Source: Patescibacteria group bacterium
GTDB lineage: Bacteria > Patescibacteriota > Minisyncoccia > 2-02-FULL-40-12 > GWA2-44-9
Length of the DNA stretch: 64,000 nucleotides
NCBI GenBank assembly: GCA_038064455.1
Contig: JBBTTB010000005.1
Coordinates: 21,983 to 85,982 of the forward strand
Direction: 5' to 3'
The notes under the pieces were generated by a model. The model was given only the letters and a program-made list of their open reading frames with translations, was not told the origin of the DNA and ran no database searches. Shown piece by piece: positions 36,293-45,382 of the stretch. Both the position numbers and the translations under genes were made by a program. The first letter of the stretch is position 1. Each line of letters opens with the position of its first letter.

Positions 36293-37327
36293 ATGGGAGA
36301 AAAAACTCATTTTGAACACGTCGTCGGTGGAAGTGAGAAAGACAAAGGAGAGGCTATGGAATTTCTCCAAAGGCTTTTTTCAAAGCCACCTGAAATCTTG
36401 GCAGAATTTGAGCTTGAAAAGACTCCAGAAGATATTGCCGTTATTCATGAGGTCCAAGAGCTTGTTGATGAAATGGCTGCAAAGTACGGAGGTGCGCCGA
36501 AGCAACTACCGCTTGAGAACATACACCTTCTCAAGCCGGGTGCTGTATTTGAGCTTACACAGGGAAAGCTTCGCGTTGGCATTCATAGGTCCCTTTCTCT
36601 CCGCATCGGCGTAGAGAAGCGTCCATCAAGGATCCCTTTCTGTGGCACTCTTGCACACGAGCTGTTCCACGCACAGGGTTTTAAATCGTTCTATATCCGA
36701 CCAGATGGCAAGGGGACTCTCTATCGTAGTGGCATTCAGACGGTTGATCAAAAAGATCCTTCTGCGGAGCTCGGTGACGAGAAGATGTACTTTAGCCAGC
36801 TTGAGGAGGCAATTGTCACAGAGTGCGCACGGCAACTCGTAGAAACACTTGGGCAACAGGGCTTTTTTGGTGAAGAAGAGGAGGCTATGAGAACATTGCG
36901 TAATTTGGCGAATGCGCACCAGCGTCGTTTAGGCTGGACACAACAGCAGATGCAAGAGTTTGCGGAGGAAGTAAAATATGTAGAAGATCCAATACGCGCT
37001 CTGGAAACAATAAAAGTCGCGTATCCGTCTGAAGAGAAGCGATCGGCATATGCAGCCGGCCTTATAGAGGGTATGAAAAATCGCGGAGCTGTTGAGATGA
37101 AGGAAAGGTATTTTGAGCGTAAAAAGTTTTATAGACTTCTTGATGAGCTTATTGAGAAGTCACAGGGTGCATATACGCAACGATCAGAGATCTTCGCAGA
37201 GTTTGCCAAGGCACATTTCTCTGGACGCTATCTTCCGTTAGCGCGCATAGTAGAAGGTATTCTTGGCGAGGGGGCATTTCGGAGAATAGCGAATGATTTC
37301 AGCGAGACGCCAGGCAAGAAGAAATAA
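36293..37327 (+). CDS. hypothetical HExxH-motif protein (putative zinc metallopeptidase)
   Basis: 344 aa with LAHELFHAQGF, an HExxH motif. Confidence 0.4.
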   Translation: MGEKTHFEHVVGGSEKDKGEAMEFLQRLFSKPPEILAEFELEKTPEDIAVIHEVQELVDEMAAKYGGAPKQLPLENIHLLKPGAVFELTQGKLRVGIHRSLSLRIGVEKRPSRIPFCGTLAHELFHAQGFKSFYIRPDGKGTLYRSGIQTVDQKDPSAELGDEKMYFSQLEEAIVTECARQLVETLGQQGFFGEEEEAMRTLRNLANAHQRRLGWTQQQMQEFAEEVKYVEDPIRALETIKVAYPSEEKRSAYAAGLIEGMKNRGAVEMKERYFERKKFYRLLDELIEKSQGAYTQRSEIFAEFAKAHFSGRYLPLARIVEGILGEGAFRRIANDFSETPGKKK

Positions 37328-37337
37328 TTTCAACACC

Positions 37338-37760
37338 ATGAAACTCAACATCCAACTCTTACATTCAGATGCAGTCATGCCCAGCTACGCCAACGCTGGT
37401 GATGCGGGCATGGATCTCTACACCGTTTCGCGTGTGGTGATAAAACCAAAACAGCTTGTGGTGGTGCCTACAGGCATTGCGATGGCGCTCCCGCGTGGCA
37501 CGGTGGGGCTCATTTGGGATAAAAGTGGATTAGCGATAAAGCATGGCCTCAAGGTGATGGGCGGTGTGATCGATTCTAGCTACCGTGGTGAAGTGCAGGT
37601 GGGGATCATAAATCTTGGTACGAAAGCCGTAATACTTGAAGCAGGGCACAAAGTAGCGCAGATGCTTATACAGAAAGTGGAGCACGTCTCTTTTAAACAA
37701 GTCGCCTCTCTTTCCACCACGAAGCGTGGCGCCAAAGGCTTCGGTTCTAGTGGGAAGTGA
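37338..37760 (+). CDS. dut: dUTP diphosphatase
   Basis: Five dUTPase motifs (AGDAGMDL, GLIWDKSG, VIDSSYRGEV, ...). Start trimmed to the ATG at 37338. Confidence 0.85.
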   Translation: MKLNIQLLHSDAVMPSYANAGDAGMDLYTVSRVVIKPKQLVVVPTGIAMALPRGTVGLIWDKSGLAIKHGLKVMGGVIDSSYRGEVQVGIINLGTKAVILEAGHKVAQMLIQKVEHVSFKQVASLSTTKRGAKGFGSSGK

Positions 37761-37840
37761 TTGACATATACCAATATATACTGTATATTTACACATGCAT
37801 ATGAACAATAGAAATCGCCACATCTATATCGCACTTACGT

Positions 37841-37866
37841 CCCAGAAAACGGTCTGGGGTTTTTGC
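37841..37866 (+). terminator. rho-independent terminator after dut
   Basis: CCCAGA-aaacggt-TCTGGG followed by TTTTTG. Confidence 0.6.
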
Positions 37867-37933
37867 CGTTATTCTGTTTATTTGACCAAGGCGATGTTGT
37901 TCTAATTTCTTTTTTATCAGTTAGTTCCCAAGA

Positions 37934-37966
37934 GCGCCTCGGTTAGATAGACCGAGGCGTTTTTGT
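37934..37966 (+). terminator. second intrinsic terminator/attenuator-like hairpin upstream of MFS gene
   Basis: GCGCCTCGGT-tagatag-ACCGAGGCG followed by TTTTTG. Confidence 0.5.
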
Positions 37967-38003
37967 TCTATCTAAAGAGTTCTTTTACAAAAATGGAGGC
38001 GCT

Positions 38004-39104
38004 ATGACGCGAGAAATGCGTGAGACGGTGCGGTGTTACTTTGTGCTCCAGGCGACGACTGGGTTCGGGATGGCGTTTGTTGTTGCGTTTTATGCGATGT
38101 TTGATGTGTTTGGGAGAAAGTTCTCCTATGTTACCGCCTGTACGTTGCTTGGTGCGGGGATGTTCATCTATGGATCCGCCGACTCATTTTGGGGATTCAT
38201 TGCTGCGGAGATGGTGTGTGCTGTTGGTAGTACGTTTGCAAGTGGCGCATTCACCGCATGGCTTGTTGATCGTTTGCGCGGCCAAGGATTTACCGGGTCG
38301 TTAAGTCATATCTTCGCTCGAGAGCAGCAAGTGAACGGCGTTACTCGCATTCTCGCGGCGATTCTTGGTGCCGCCACGTCGAACCGAGACATGGCATTGC
38401 CTTGGTTTGTCGGTGGTGCATGCATGATCCTTGCGGCTCTTATCGCCACAGCGTACATGAGAGAAACAGATGCTCCAACTTTAAGGAGGTCATTGTCTGG
38501 TGGCGGGCTGTATGCAATGCGGCAAACGATAGTTTCTAGCGCATTACACATACGCACAAGCGGCGCTATGCGCTTTGTTCTCATCGCGAGTGCGGCGCAA
38601 CAGTTTGCCATGCAGGCTCCAAACATGCAGTGGCAACCACTCTTTGGAGAATTCCTTCACGATAGGATGTTTTTTGGCATCTTGTTTGGAGGAATTGTTC
38701 TTGCCACGATGGCTGGTGCAACGCTTGCGCCGGCATTTCTTCGCAACGTGAGAGACGAGAGAAGGGCAATCTTATATGCCCAAGTGGCTACCGGACTCTG
38801 TATCTGTGCCACAGTCGTTGCGTCGAGCTTTGGGTTTGCGCTCGGTGCTTTTCTCGCACACGAAGTTGCGCGAGGGCTCTTTGTGCCACTCAAGGATGTG
38901 TATCTGAACGACAACATCCCATCCAAAGAACGTGCGACGCTCATGTCGTTTGACCAGATTGCCCGACATATAGGAGGCATGATCGGGTTGTTGGTGAGTG
39001 GGGCGCTTGCACACTACGTGGCGCTCTCTACGGCATGGATAGTTTCCGGCGCGGCGCTTGTAGCTGTGGCGCTCGCACTATTGAGGAGAAGACAAAGAGT
39101 GTGA
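38004..39104 (+). CDS. MFS-type transporter (10-12 TM)
   Basis: Polytopic with an MFS-like hydrophobic pattern and a WLVDRLRGQGF loop. Confidence 0.6.
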   Translation: MTREMRETVRCYFVLQATTGFGMAFVVAFYAMFDVFGRKFSYVTACTLLGAGMFIYGSADSFWGFIAAEMVCAVGSTFASGAFTAWLVDRLRGQGFTGSLSHIFAREQQVNGVTRILAAILGAATSNRDMALPWFVGGACMILAALIATAYMRETDAPTLRRSLSGGGLYAMRQTIVSSALHIRTSGAMRFVLIASAAQQFAMQAPNMQWQPLFGEFLHDRMFFGILFGGIVLATMAGATLAPAFLRNVRDERRAILYAQVATGLCICATVVASSFGFALGAFLAHEVARGLFVPLKDVYLNDNIPSKERATLMSFDQIARHIGGMIGLLVSGALAHYVALSTAWIVSGAALVAVALALLRRRQRV

Positions 39105-39109
39105 CGTAC

Positions 39110-39152
39110 AAAGCGGTGCGATAACATCAAGCCGCTTTTTCTTTGGTACAAA
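39110..39152 (+). terminator. rho-independent terminator
   Basis: AAAGCGGtgcgataacatcaaGCCGCTTTTTCTTT. Confidence 0.6.
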
Positions 39153-39227
39153 AGGCTTCGGCTCAAGCGGGAGGTAATTGACAGTATCTCTCTTTTAGTG
39201 TAAAAACTTACCCCAAGGAGGTGGAGC

Positions 39228-39497
39228 TTGAGTGAATACGTGCTACTTCGTTTGATGCGAGCCTCGGTCTTTCTGGCGACTGTCGTACTGCTTGGAGGGA
39301 GCGTCACCTCTGCTCTGCAAGCGGTCTACTGGGGCCTAGTGACCATCGAGAGGCGGTTCATCGGCGGGACCCAAGAGATGCACAGGGAGCTTACGTATCG
39401 GGAGGTGCGCGACAAGGCGCTCCTTGAGTCTCTGGTGATGAGTGCGTGTCTTCTCTCGCTCGAGGTGATGCGCCTGTTCCTCGGCGAGTACGCGTGA
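39228..39497 (+). CDS. small hypothetical protein (TTG start)
   Basis: AAGGAGG SD 8 nt upstream of the TTG, a hydrophobic N-terminus, and its own terminator at 39501..39541. Confidence 0.3.
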   Translation: MSEYVLLRLMRASVFLATVVLLGGSVTSALQAVYWGLVTIERRFIGGTQEMHRELTYREVRDKALLESLVMSACLLSLEVMRLFLGEYA

Positions 39498-39568
39498 GGA
39501 GGCCCCGGTGTGCTGCATGCATATCGGGGCTTGTCTTTTTACTTCCAGGGGGCGTAGAGTGAGAAGGT

Positions 39569-40687
39569 ATGGCATTCCTTATAGGCACTTTCTATCGCCA
39601 TATTGTAAAACCCATTCTTTTTCTCTTTCCCGCGGATCGCGTGCATGAGTGGGCGCTTACCCTTGGCGCGTGGAGCGGCACTGTGGCGCCTCTGCGATGG
39701 CTCGTGCGTGTGTGTTGTGCGGTTACTGATCCACGACTGGAAACTACAGTCGCGGGCATCACATTTTCGAATCCCGTTGGTCTTGCCGCCGGCTTTGATT
39801 ACGATGGCCGGCTTATAGATATCATCCCGAGTGTGGGGTTTGGATTTCATACCGTTGGCACGATAACTAACCAGCCCTACGCCGGAAACCCACGCCCTAT
39901 GTTGGGCCGCTTGCCTCGCTCGCAGGCGCTTTTGGTGAATAAGGGGTTTAAGAACGCGGGCATGGAACACGTGCTCCAGCGCGTGCCACAGTGTGCCCAT
40001 GGACCTGTAGGGATAAGCATCGGTTCCACGAACCGCTCCTACCCTTCGTTTGATGCGGTGGTGGCGGATATTACGGGTGGTTTTCAGAAGGCGATTGCGC
40101 ACCCGCTCTTTTCTTATTTTGAATTAAACATCAGCTGTCCGAACCTTATTCATGTGACATCGTTTGCAGAGCGTCCGGATACGCCAGAAGGACTCTCGCG
40201 CATTCTCACCGCCCTTGCGGCGCTTCCCATCGTTTGTCCCGTGTTTATTAAAATGCCGCTGGAGCGTTCCTTTGAAGAAATAGACGCGCTTATTGCAATT
40301 GCAGAACCATTCGCATTCATTCGCGGGTTTGTATTTTCGAATCTTGTGAAAGATCGCAGTAACCCGCATCTTGACCATGAAGAAGTGGCACGTGCAGGGA
40401 AGGGCAACTTCAGCGGTGCGCCAACGCGTGATGGGGCGAATGCACTCATTGGCCACGTGGCACGGCACTACAGCAAGCGTTTTATAATTATTGGATGTGG
40501 CGGTATTTTTACCGCAGAGGATGCCTACGAAAAGATTCGTCTTGGCGCTTCACTCGTGCAGCTCATCACCGGCATGATTTATTTCGGCCCGCAACGCGTT
40601 GGGGAGATTAACCAGGGGCTTGCGCGCCTGCTTGCGCGAGATAGTTATTCTCATATCAGCGAAGCGGTTGGTGCGGCGCATCGCTAG
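39569..40687 (+). CDS. pyrD: dihydroorotate dehydrogenase (quinone-type, class 2)
   Basis: N-terminal membrane-association helix plus GLAAGFDYDG, NKGFKNAG and GCGGIFTAEDAYEKIRLGASLVQ motifs. Confidence 0.85.
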   Translation: MAFLIGTFYRHIVKPILFLFPADRVHEWALTLGAWSGTVAPLRWLVRVCCAVTDPRLETTVAGITFSNPVGLAAGFDYDGRLIDIIPSVGFGFHTVGTITNQPYAGNPRPMLGRLPRSQALLVNKGFKNAGMEHVLQRVPQCAHGPVGISIGSTNRSYPSFDAVVADITGGFQKAIAHPLFSYFELNISCPNLIHVTSFAERPDTPEGLSRILTALAALPIVCPVFIKMPLERSFEEIDALIAIAEPFAFIRGFVFSNLVKDRSNPHLDHEEVARAGKGNFSGAPTRDGANALIGHVARHYSKRFIIIGCGGIFTAEDAYEKIRLGASLVQLITGMIYFGPQRVGEINQGLARLLARDSYSHISEAVGAAHR

Positions 40688-40707
40688 AGGTGTGCTACTA
40701 TACTGGT

Positions 40708-41208
40708 ATGCGTACTATTCTTGCTCTTATTGTCGTTCTTGTGGGTGGTGGGTTTCTGCTTTGGAAAGGCCTTGCGACTGCTCCAGAAAACGTTGGAGAT
40801 TATCGCAATGCAACATATATCATTGAAGGCGAGCGCGTGCAGTTGGTAGATGGCGAAGCGGAAGTAGGCTCGGTGATTACGCAAGCGTTTGGGAATGAAG
40901 CATCTGCGGATCTCACGGGGGATAGTATCCCTGATGTTGCCTTTATTCTCGCACAGCAACCCGGGGGCACGGGGACATTTTATTATATTGCCGTAGCGCG
41001 AGGAGTGGCCGGTGGTGGCTATGAGGGCACGAATGCTCTTTTGCTTGGTGATCGCATTGCGCCTCAAACAACAGAGATCCGTAACGGAACTATCATTGTA
41101 AACTACGCTGACCGTAGGCCCGATGAGCCCATGACTGCCGATCCAACGGTTGGGGTCTCTCGTACGTTTCGCATGGAAAGCGGTACTTTGAAAGAAGTCA
41201 CCCAGTAA
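40708..41208 (+). CDS. secreted/anchored hypothetical protein
   Basis: Signal/TM MRTILALIVVLVGGGFLLW followed by a Gly-rich beta-type domain. Confidence 0.45.
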   Translation: MRTILALIVVLVGGGFLLWKGLATAPENVGDYRNATYIIEGERVQLVDGEAEVGSVITQAFGNEASADLTGDSIPDVAFILAQQPGGTGTFYYIAVARGVAGGGYEGTNALLLGDRIAPQTTEIRNGTIIVNYADRRPDEPMTADPTVGVSRTFRMESGTLKEVTQ

Positions 41209-41475
41209 GTAGATTGTTATGAAATATCTTTTCTCTGAAATGGGAATAGGAAATAGTAGCCTCTTTTCTACGGAGATAGAAGAGGGAGCGAACGAGTGGC
41301 GCGTTTCAAAGTTTCTTCTGCCTAAAAAAATTACTGATTATTACATTCGCATCTGGATTTGGAGAAAGGTGCTTATCCTTTCGACAAAAGATGGCATGAA
41401 ATTTAAAACAAAGGATACAAAGAGGTTCAAGTTCCTACTTGGTATCGGCGGAGAGAGCGAGTAGGATATGAGTAT

Positions 41476-41682
41476 ATGAAGAACTACTTAAACATTCTGC
41501 TTGCAGTGTTGGTAGTTATCGTGCTGGGTGTGGTGTTCGCGTCTTTTGATAACGCGCCTACCCAGCCTCCTCGGTACGACTATCCTTGCACCATGGAAGC
41601 TAAATTGTGCCCAGACGGCTCCGCAGTAGGGCGCGTTGGGCCACATTGTGAGTTCGCGCTATGCCCAGGTGAACAGAGGTGA
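41476..41682 (+). CDS. small secreted 4-Cys protein
   Basis: 68 aa with a signal/TM and CTMEAKLC...CEFALC (two Cys pairs). Confidence 0.4.
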   Translation: MKNYLNILLAVLVVIVLGVVFASFDNAPTQPPRYDYPCTMEAKLCPDGSAVGRVGPHCEFALCPGEQR

Positions 41683-41706
41683 TTTTGCGGGTGGGGATAG
41701 CGCCTA

Positions 41707-41978
41707 TTGACTTTTTTAGCGAAATATGATAGTATGACAACACTGAGCAGTAGGGCTCACCACCTCTCACTTTCAGGGCTTCAGAAAGCCAGTAACTCGT
41801 ATCTATTTCGTTAGATTCTAGCTATCTTTCAGGCAAACAGACTCGTAAGCTTTTCGCTTTATTTTGTCACTCGGCCTTTAGCAAACATAGTTAGGTATTG
41901 GTTTTCTTAAACACTGAATAGCTCGGTCATCTTCAGTTTGGAGAAACAAAAAGCACCACAATACGTGGTGTTTTTTGT
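41707..41978 (+). ncRNA. candidate small RNA / structured leader (promoter TTGACT-17-TAGTAT to terminator)
   Basis: Promoter at 41707..41735. The roughly 235-nt transcript has no ORF, and a terminator AGCACCAC-aatac-GTGGTGCTTTTTGT lies at 41950..41978. Confidence 0.3.
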
Positions 41979-42022
41979 AGGGCCTAAGAGCACACGAGTA
42001 ATCTTACTTACCCAGCGACTTT

Positions 42023-42060
42023 CCCTTGCAGTACGGCCGCCCAGCTATCCCTTGCGGTAC
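42023..42060 (+). repeat. direct repeat CCCTTGCAGTAC / CCCTTGCGGTAC in ABC-F upstream region
   Basis: Two 12-bp copies, 11 of 12 matching, spaced 26 bp start-to-start and about 130 bp upstream of the ABC-F ATG. Confidence 0.4.
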
Positions 42061-42193
42061 AACTTCCGTACTCTCAAACCCTGTATATAGGGTGCGCCTC
42101 TGGGAGAGGGCGTCAAGAATGTCCTTGTGGATAACGGGAGGATGCTTTACCACGCAGAGAAAATGTGGCATACTCGTATCTCCTTTTTTAGTT

Positions 42194-43660
42194 ATGGCAC
42201 ACGGAGAGTCTATTATCCGCTTTGAGAAGGTGTCCTTCGAATATGGGCACAAGAAACCCATCCTCACCGAGGTAGATTTTTCTATTCGTCGTGGTGCGAA
42301 AATTACGATTATGGGGCAGAACGGTGCCGGCAAGAGCACGCTGTTCCACCTGATTACTCCAACAGGACACGCAGGAGCTCTCGCTCCAGAATCTGGTTCA
42401 GTGCACCGTGCGCCCGGACTCACGATTGCGATGGCGCGTCAGGTGGTAGCGCGCAATCAGCTCGACATGACCGTGCGCGAATTCTTCCAGCAATGCTTTG
42501 CGCATAAAGTACACGATATCGATCCGAAAATTGACGCCGTGCTTGAGGTGGTAAATCTGAACGCGCCTCATGATCGCGTGGTGCGTTCATTCTCTGGCGG
42601 CCAGCAGGCGCGCCTGCTCTTAGCCTCTGCGCTCATTCAAGATGCGGATGTGTTGCTACTCGATGAACCAACGAATAATCTTGATAAAGAAGGCATCGCA
42701 CATTTGCGACAGTTTTTAGTGCAGTATAAGAAGACGTGTGTGGTTATCTCACATGATGCTGACTTCTTGAATGCTTTCACAGATGGCGTGCTCTATTTAG
42801 ATATCTACACGCGCAAGATCGAACAATACCAAGGCAACTATTTTAATGTAGTAGAGCAAATTGCCGCTCGTATCGAAAAGGAAAACAGTAAAAATGCGCG
42901 ACTTGCGAAAGAGGCAATAGAGAAGAAAGAGAAGGCAAACTATTTTGCCATGAAAGGTGGTCGTTTGCGCTTACTCGCGAAACGCATGCGTGAAGATGCT
43001 GCAGAAATGGAAGACGAGCAGGTGGATGTACGCAAAGAAGACAAAACAATTCGTCCTTTTACGATTCCGGCACAGCAGGGGCTCATCGGACCCGTGGTGA
43101 GCATCTCTGCGGTTTCTGTGATCAAGAACCACAAAGCCACACAAAAGAAGGTGAATGTGATTTTGCATAAAAATCGGCACCTGCTTCTCTCGGGTCCGAA
43201 TGGCATCGGCAAGAGCACACTCCTTGAGGCGCTTGCATCGGGTCACACAAAGGGCGCAGTAATCTCGCCGGGCGTGAAGATTGGGTATTACCGGCAGGAT
43301 TTTTCAACCCTACCGTTCGACCATACGGTGTTGGAATCATTAAAAGAGCTTAATACAGGAATGAGTGATGAAGAACTTCGTGGTGTCGCGGCGAGCTTCC
43401 TTATCACGGGGGATGCTATTTTTACAAAAATCGGCAGCTTATCTGAAGGTCAAAAGGGCTTAGTGGCGTTTATTCACCTCGTGCTCCAAAAGCCGGGGCT
43501 CCTTATTTTAGACGAGCCAACGAACCATATTAACTTTCGGCACATTCCGGTCATCGCAAAGGCGCTTGATGCATATCAGGGGGCGATGATACTCGTGAGC
43601 CACGTGCCAGAGTTTGTGCACCAGATTCGCATTGATGAAATACTCGAATTAGGGGAATAG
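42194..43660 (+). CDS. ABC-F family ATPase (two fused ABC domains, EttA/Uup-like translation factor)
   Basis: Two Walker A motifs (GQNGAGKST, GPNGIGKST), two signatures (SGGQQARLLLA, LSEGQKGLVAF), an inter-domain linker and no TM domain. Start chosen at the ATG at 42194 (MAHGESIIRFEKVSFEY). Confidence 0.8.
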   Translation: MAHGESIIRFEKVSFEYGHKKPILTEVDFSIRRGAKITIMGQNGAGKSTLFHLITPTGHAGALAPESGSVHRAPGLTIAMARQVVARNQLDMTVREFFQQCFAHKVHDIDPKIDAVLEVVNLNAPHDRVVRSFSGGQQARLLLASALIQDADVLLLDEPTNNLDKEGIAHLRQFLVQYKKTCVVISHDADFLNAFTDGVLYLDIYTRKIEQYQGNYFNVVEQIAARIEKENSKNARLAKEAIEKKEKANYFAMKGGRLRLLAKRMREDAAEMEDEQVDVRKEDKTIRPFTIPAQQGLIGPVVSISAVSVIKNHKATQKKVNVILHKNRHLLLSGPNGIGKSTLLEALASGHTKGAVISPGVKIGYYRQDFSTLPFDHTVLESLKELNTGMSDEELRGVAASFLITGDAIFTKIGSLSEGQKGLVAFIHLVLQKPGLLILDEPTNHINFRHIPVIAKALDAYQGAMILVSHVPEFVHQIRIDEILELGE

Positions 43661-43679
43661 TTGACGAAGTGGTGCATAT

Positions 43680-44213
43680 GTGACAAAGCCCCTTGCGTTC
43701 TTCAGAAAGTGGTATACTAAGGGGATGAAAAACGCTATAATTTTTGTTCTCGTAGTACTTGTTTTGGGCGGTGCGGGGTATCTTCTCAAGGGAGAATATG
43801 TGGATACACCAGAGGAAGCGCAGCAAACACCAGTGGGTGGCACGCTGAACATGAGCGGCAAGGGGCTTACAAAGGTGCCATCGTATGTGTTTGACGCTCG
43901 TGAAGTCGCAGTATTAGACCTTTCGAACAACGAACTTTCAGGCTCGTTGCCCGCTGAAGTTCGTCAACTCCAGAACTTGAAGGTGTTAAATTTGAGCAAC
44001 AACACGTTCAGTGGAGTGCCTGCAGAGATCGGCCAGCTTACGAATTTAGAGGTGCTTGATCTTTCCAACAACAAGATCACAGGGCTTCCAAATGAACTCG
44101 GAAACCTTTCAAAGCTCATAACACTCAATATCTCCGGTAATCTGTATTCGGAAACGGATCTCGCAGGTATCCGTGCGCGCTTGCCAGCGTCAGTAGTCAT
44201 TAAGACTCAATAG
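43680..44213 (+). CDS. leucine-rich repeat (LRR) protein, membrane anchored
   Basis: N-terminal TM followed by at least 5 tandem 24-aa LxxLxLSNNxxSGxLPxExGxLxN repeats. Confidence 0.6.
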   Translation: MTKPLAFFRKWYTKGMKNAIIFVLVVLVLGGAGYLLKGEYVDTPEEAQQTPVGGTLNMSGKGLTKVPSYVFDAREVAVLDLSNNELSGSLPAEVRQLQNLKVLNLSNNTFSGVPAEIGQLTNLEVLDLSNNKITGLPNELGNLSKLITLNISGNLYSETDLAGIRARLPASVVIKTQ

Positions 44214-44245
44214 ACAGTCTACGCGTCTGCGCCTAGCCCCACTCT

Positions 44246-44536
44246 ATGTTTAAAACTTACCTTACATACATACGAGACAACCCACAGCACCTATGGTTTA
44301 AGCGAAAGTGGTTTGGATGGGGCTGGACGCCGGCAACGTGGCAGGGGTGGTTGGTTACGGTTGTCTATATAGGGTTGCTCGTACTGTTCGGTCTTACTAT
44401 CGATGATGATTCGCCGCGTCGTGAAGTTATGTTTTTATTTATATTGCCTGCTCTTTTTCTTACGATAACTTTTTTGCGCATTGCATATAAAACAGGGGAA
44501 AAGCCACGATGGCAGTGGGGCATGCCTAAAGAGTAG
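44246..44536 (+). CDS. small Trp-rich membrane protein, hypothetical
   Basis: 96 aa with 2 TM helices. Confidence 0.35.
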   Translation: MFKTYLTYIRDNPQHLWFKRKWFGWGWTPATWQGWLVTVVYIGLLVLFGLTIDDDSPRREVMFLFILPALFLTITFLRIAYKTGEKPRWQWGMPKE

Positions 44537-44539
44537 CGG

Positions 44540-44800
44540 ATGTACATTGTCTATATTCTGAAGTGTCGCGATGGCAGTTTGTATACGGGTATCACCACTG
44601 ATGTAGCGCGTCGTTTGCGCGAGCATAAGGCGGGGAAGGGCGGCAACTATACGCGCGCTCACGGCGCGATGCGCATGGTGTATACAGAGAAGTGCGGCTC
44701 ACGGAGTGCCGCGCTGAAACGCGAAGCGGCGATAAAACGCCTTCCCAGAGCCCAGAAGCTCTTTTTAATTCAGAGGAGAAAGCGTACAGTTATTATATGA
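44540..44800 (+). CDS. GIY-YIG nuclease-superfamily protein (UPF0213/YhbQ-like)
   Basis: MYIVYILKCRDGSLYTGITTDVARRLREH matches the YhbQ family GIY-YIG motif. Confidence 0.7.
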   Translation: MYIVYILKCRDGSLYTGITTDVARRLREHKAGKGGNYTRAHGAMRMVYTEKCGSRSAALKREAAIKRLPRAQKLFLIQRRKRTVII

Positions 44801-44996
44801 ATCACAATACTTCTTCGGATGCGGTGTATGGGATGGGGCTTATTGGTGCGGCAGTATATTTCATTCAGCAAGCAGATTCGTTTGGAACGGGAATTGTAGG
44901 GCTCCTCAAAGCATTCATCTGGCCCGCGCTGTTGGTATATCGTTTCCTTGCGCTCTAGCGGGTAGTAGTGTATACCTTCTCTGTAAGGAGGCTCGC

Positions 44997-45275
44997 ATGG
45001 CAACAGAAGAAGTTGAAAAGAGATCCGTATCCTTTTTCATCTGCACAGGTGGCAGGTGTAGCACCAGCTGGGCACATGGACATTACGCCATCCCCCTGGG
45101 CCTGAAGGAGCGCCCGATCTGGTCGTCTCCGCTCTTCTCGAGAGTGAGTGCAAACGAATATTGTCGGGAGCACTTCCCGAAGGAAGATTGGGAGCGCCTC
45201 ATGGCGGAGGTGAGAAGTACCGAACTGCCGCTCATACTCGAAGAGGACATCGGTGATCCCGACGAGGACGAATAG
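44997..45275 (+). CDS. hypothetical protein (92 aa, acidic C-terminus)
   Basis: GTAAGGAGG SD 6 nt upstream of the ATG. Confidence 0.45.
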   Translation: MATEEVEKRSVSFFICTGGRCSTSWAHGHYAIPLGLKERPIWSSPLFSRVSANEYCREHFPKEDWERLMAEVRSTELPLILEEDIGDPDEDE

Positions 45276-45382
45276 CTATCAACCAACACCCCGTGCGAAT
45301 GTATCGTGCGGGGTTCGTTCTTTTATTTGATATTTTTTGAGTTTTATGGTATGATTACTACACGTAGCTTTGATCTCTCGCG

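Noticed and set aside
37775-37795. LexA/SOS-box-like TACTGTATATTTACA.
   Set aside because: Only one CTGT half-site is present. There is no matching ACAG half at the correct spacing.
41219-41464. 81-aa ORF MKYLFSEMGIGNSS... in an AT-rich spacer.
   Set aside because: It has unusual composition, no SD, and lies in a low-GC spacer between two better-supported genes. It was not included as a feature.
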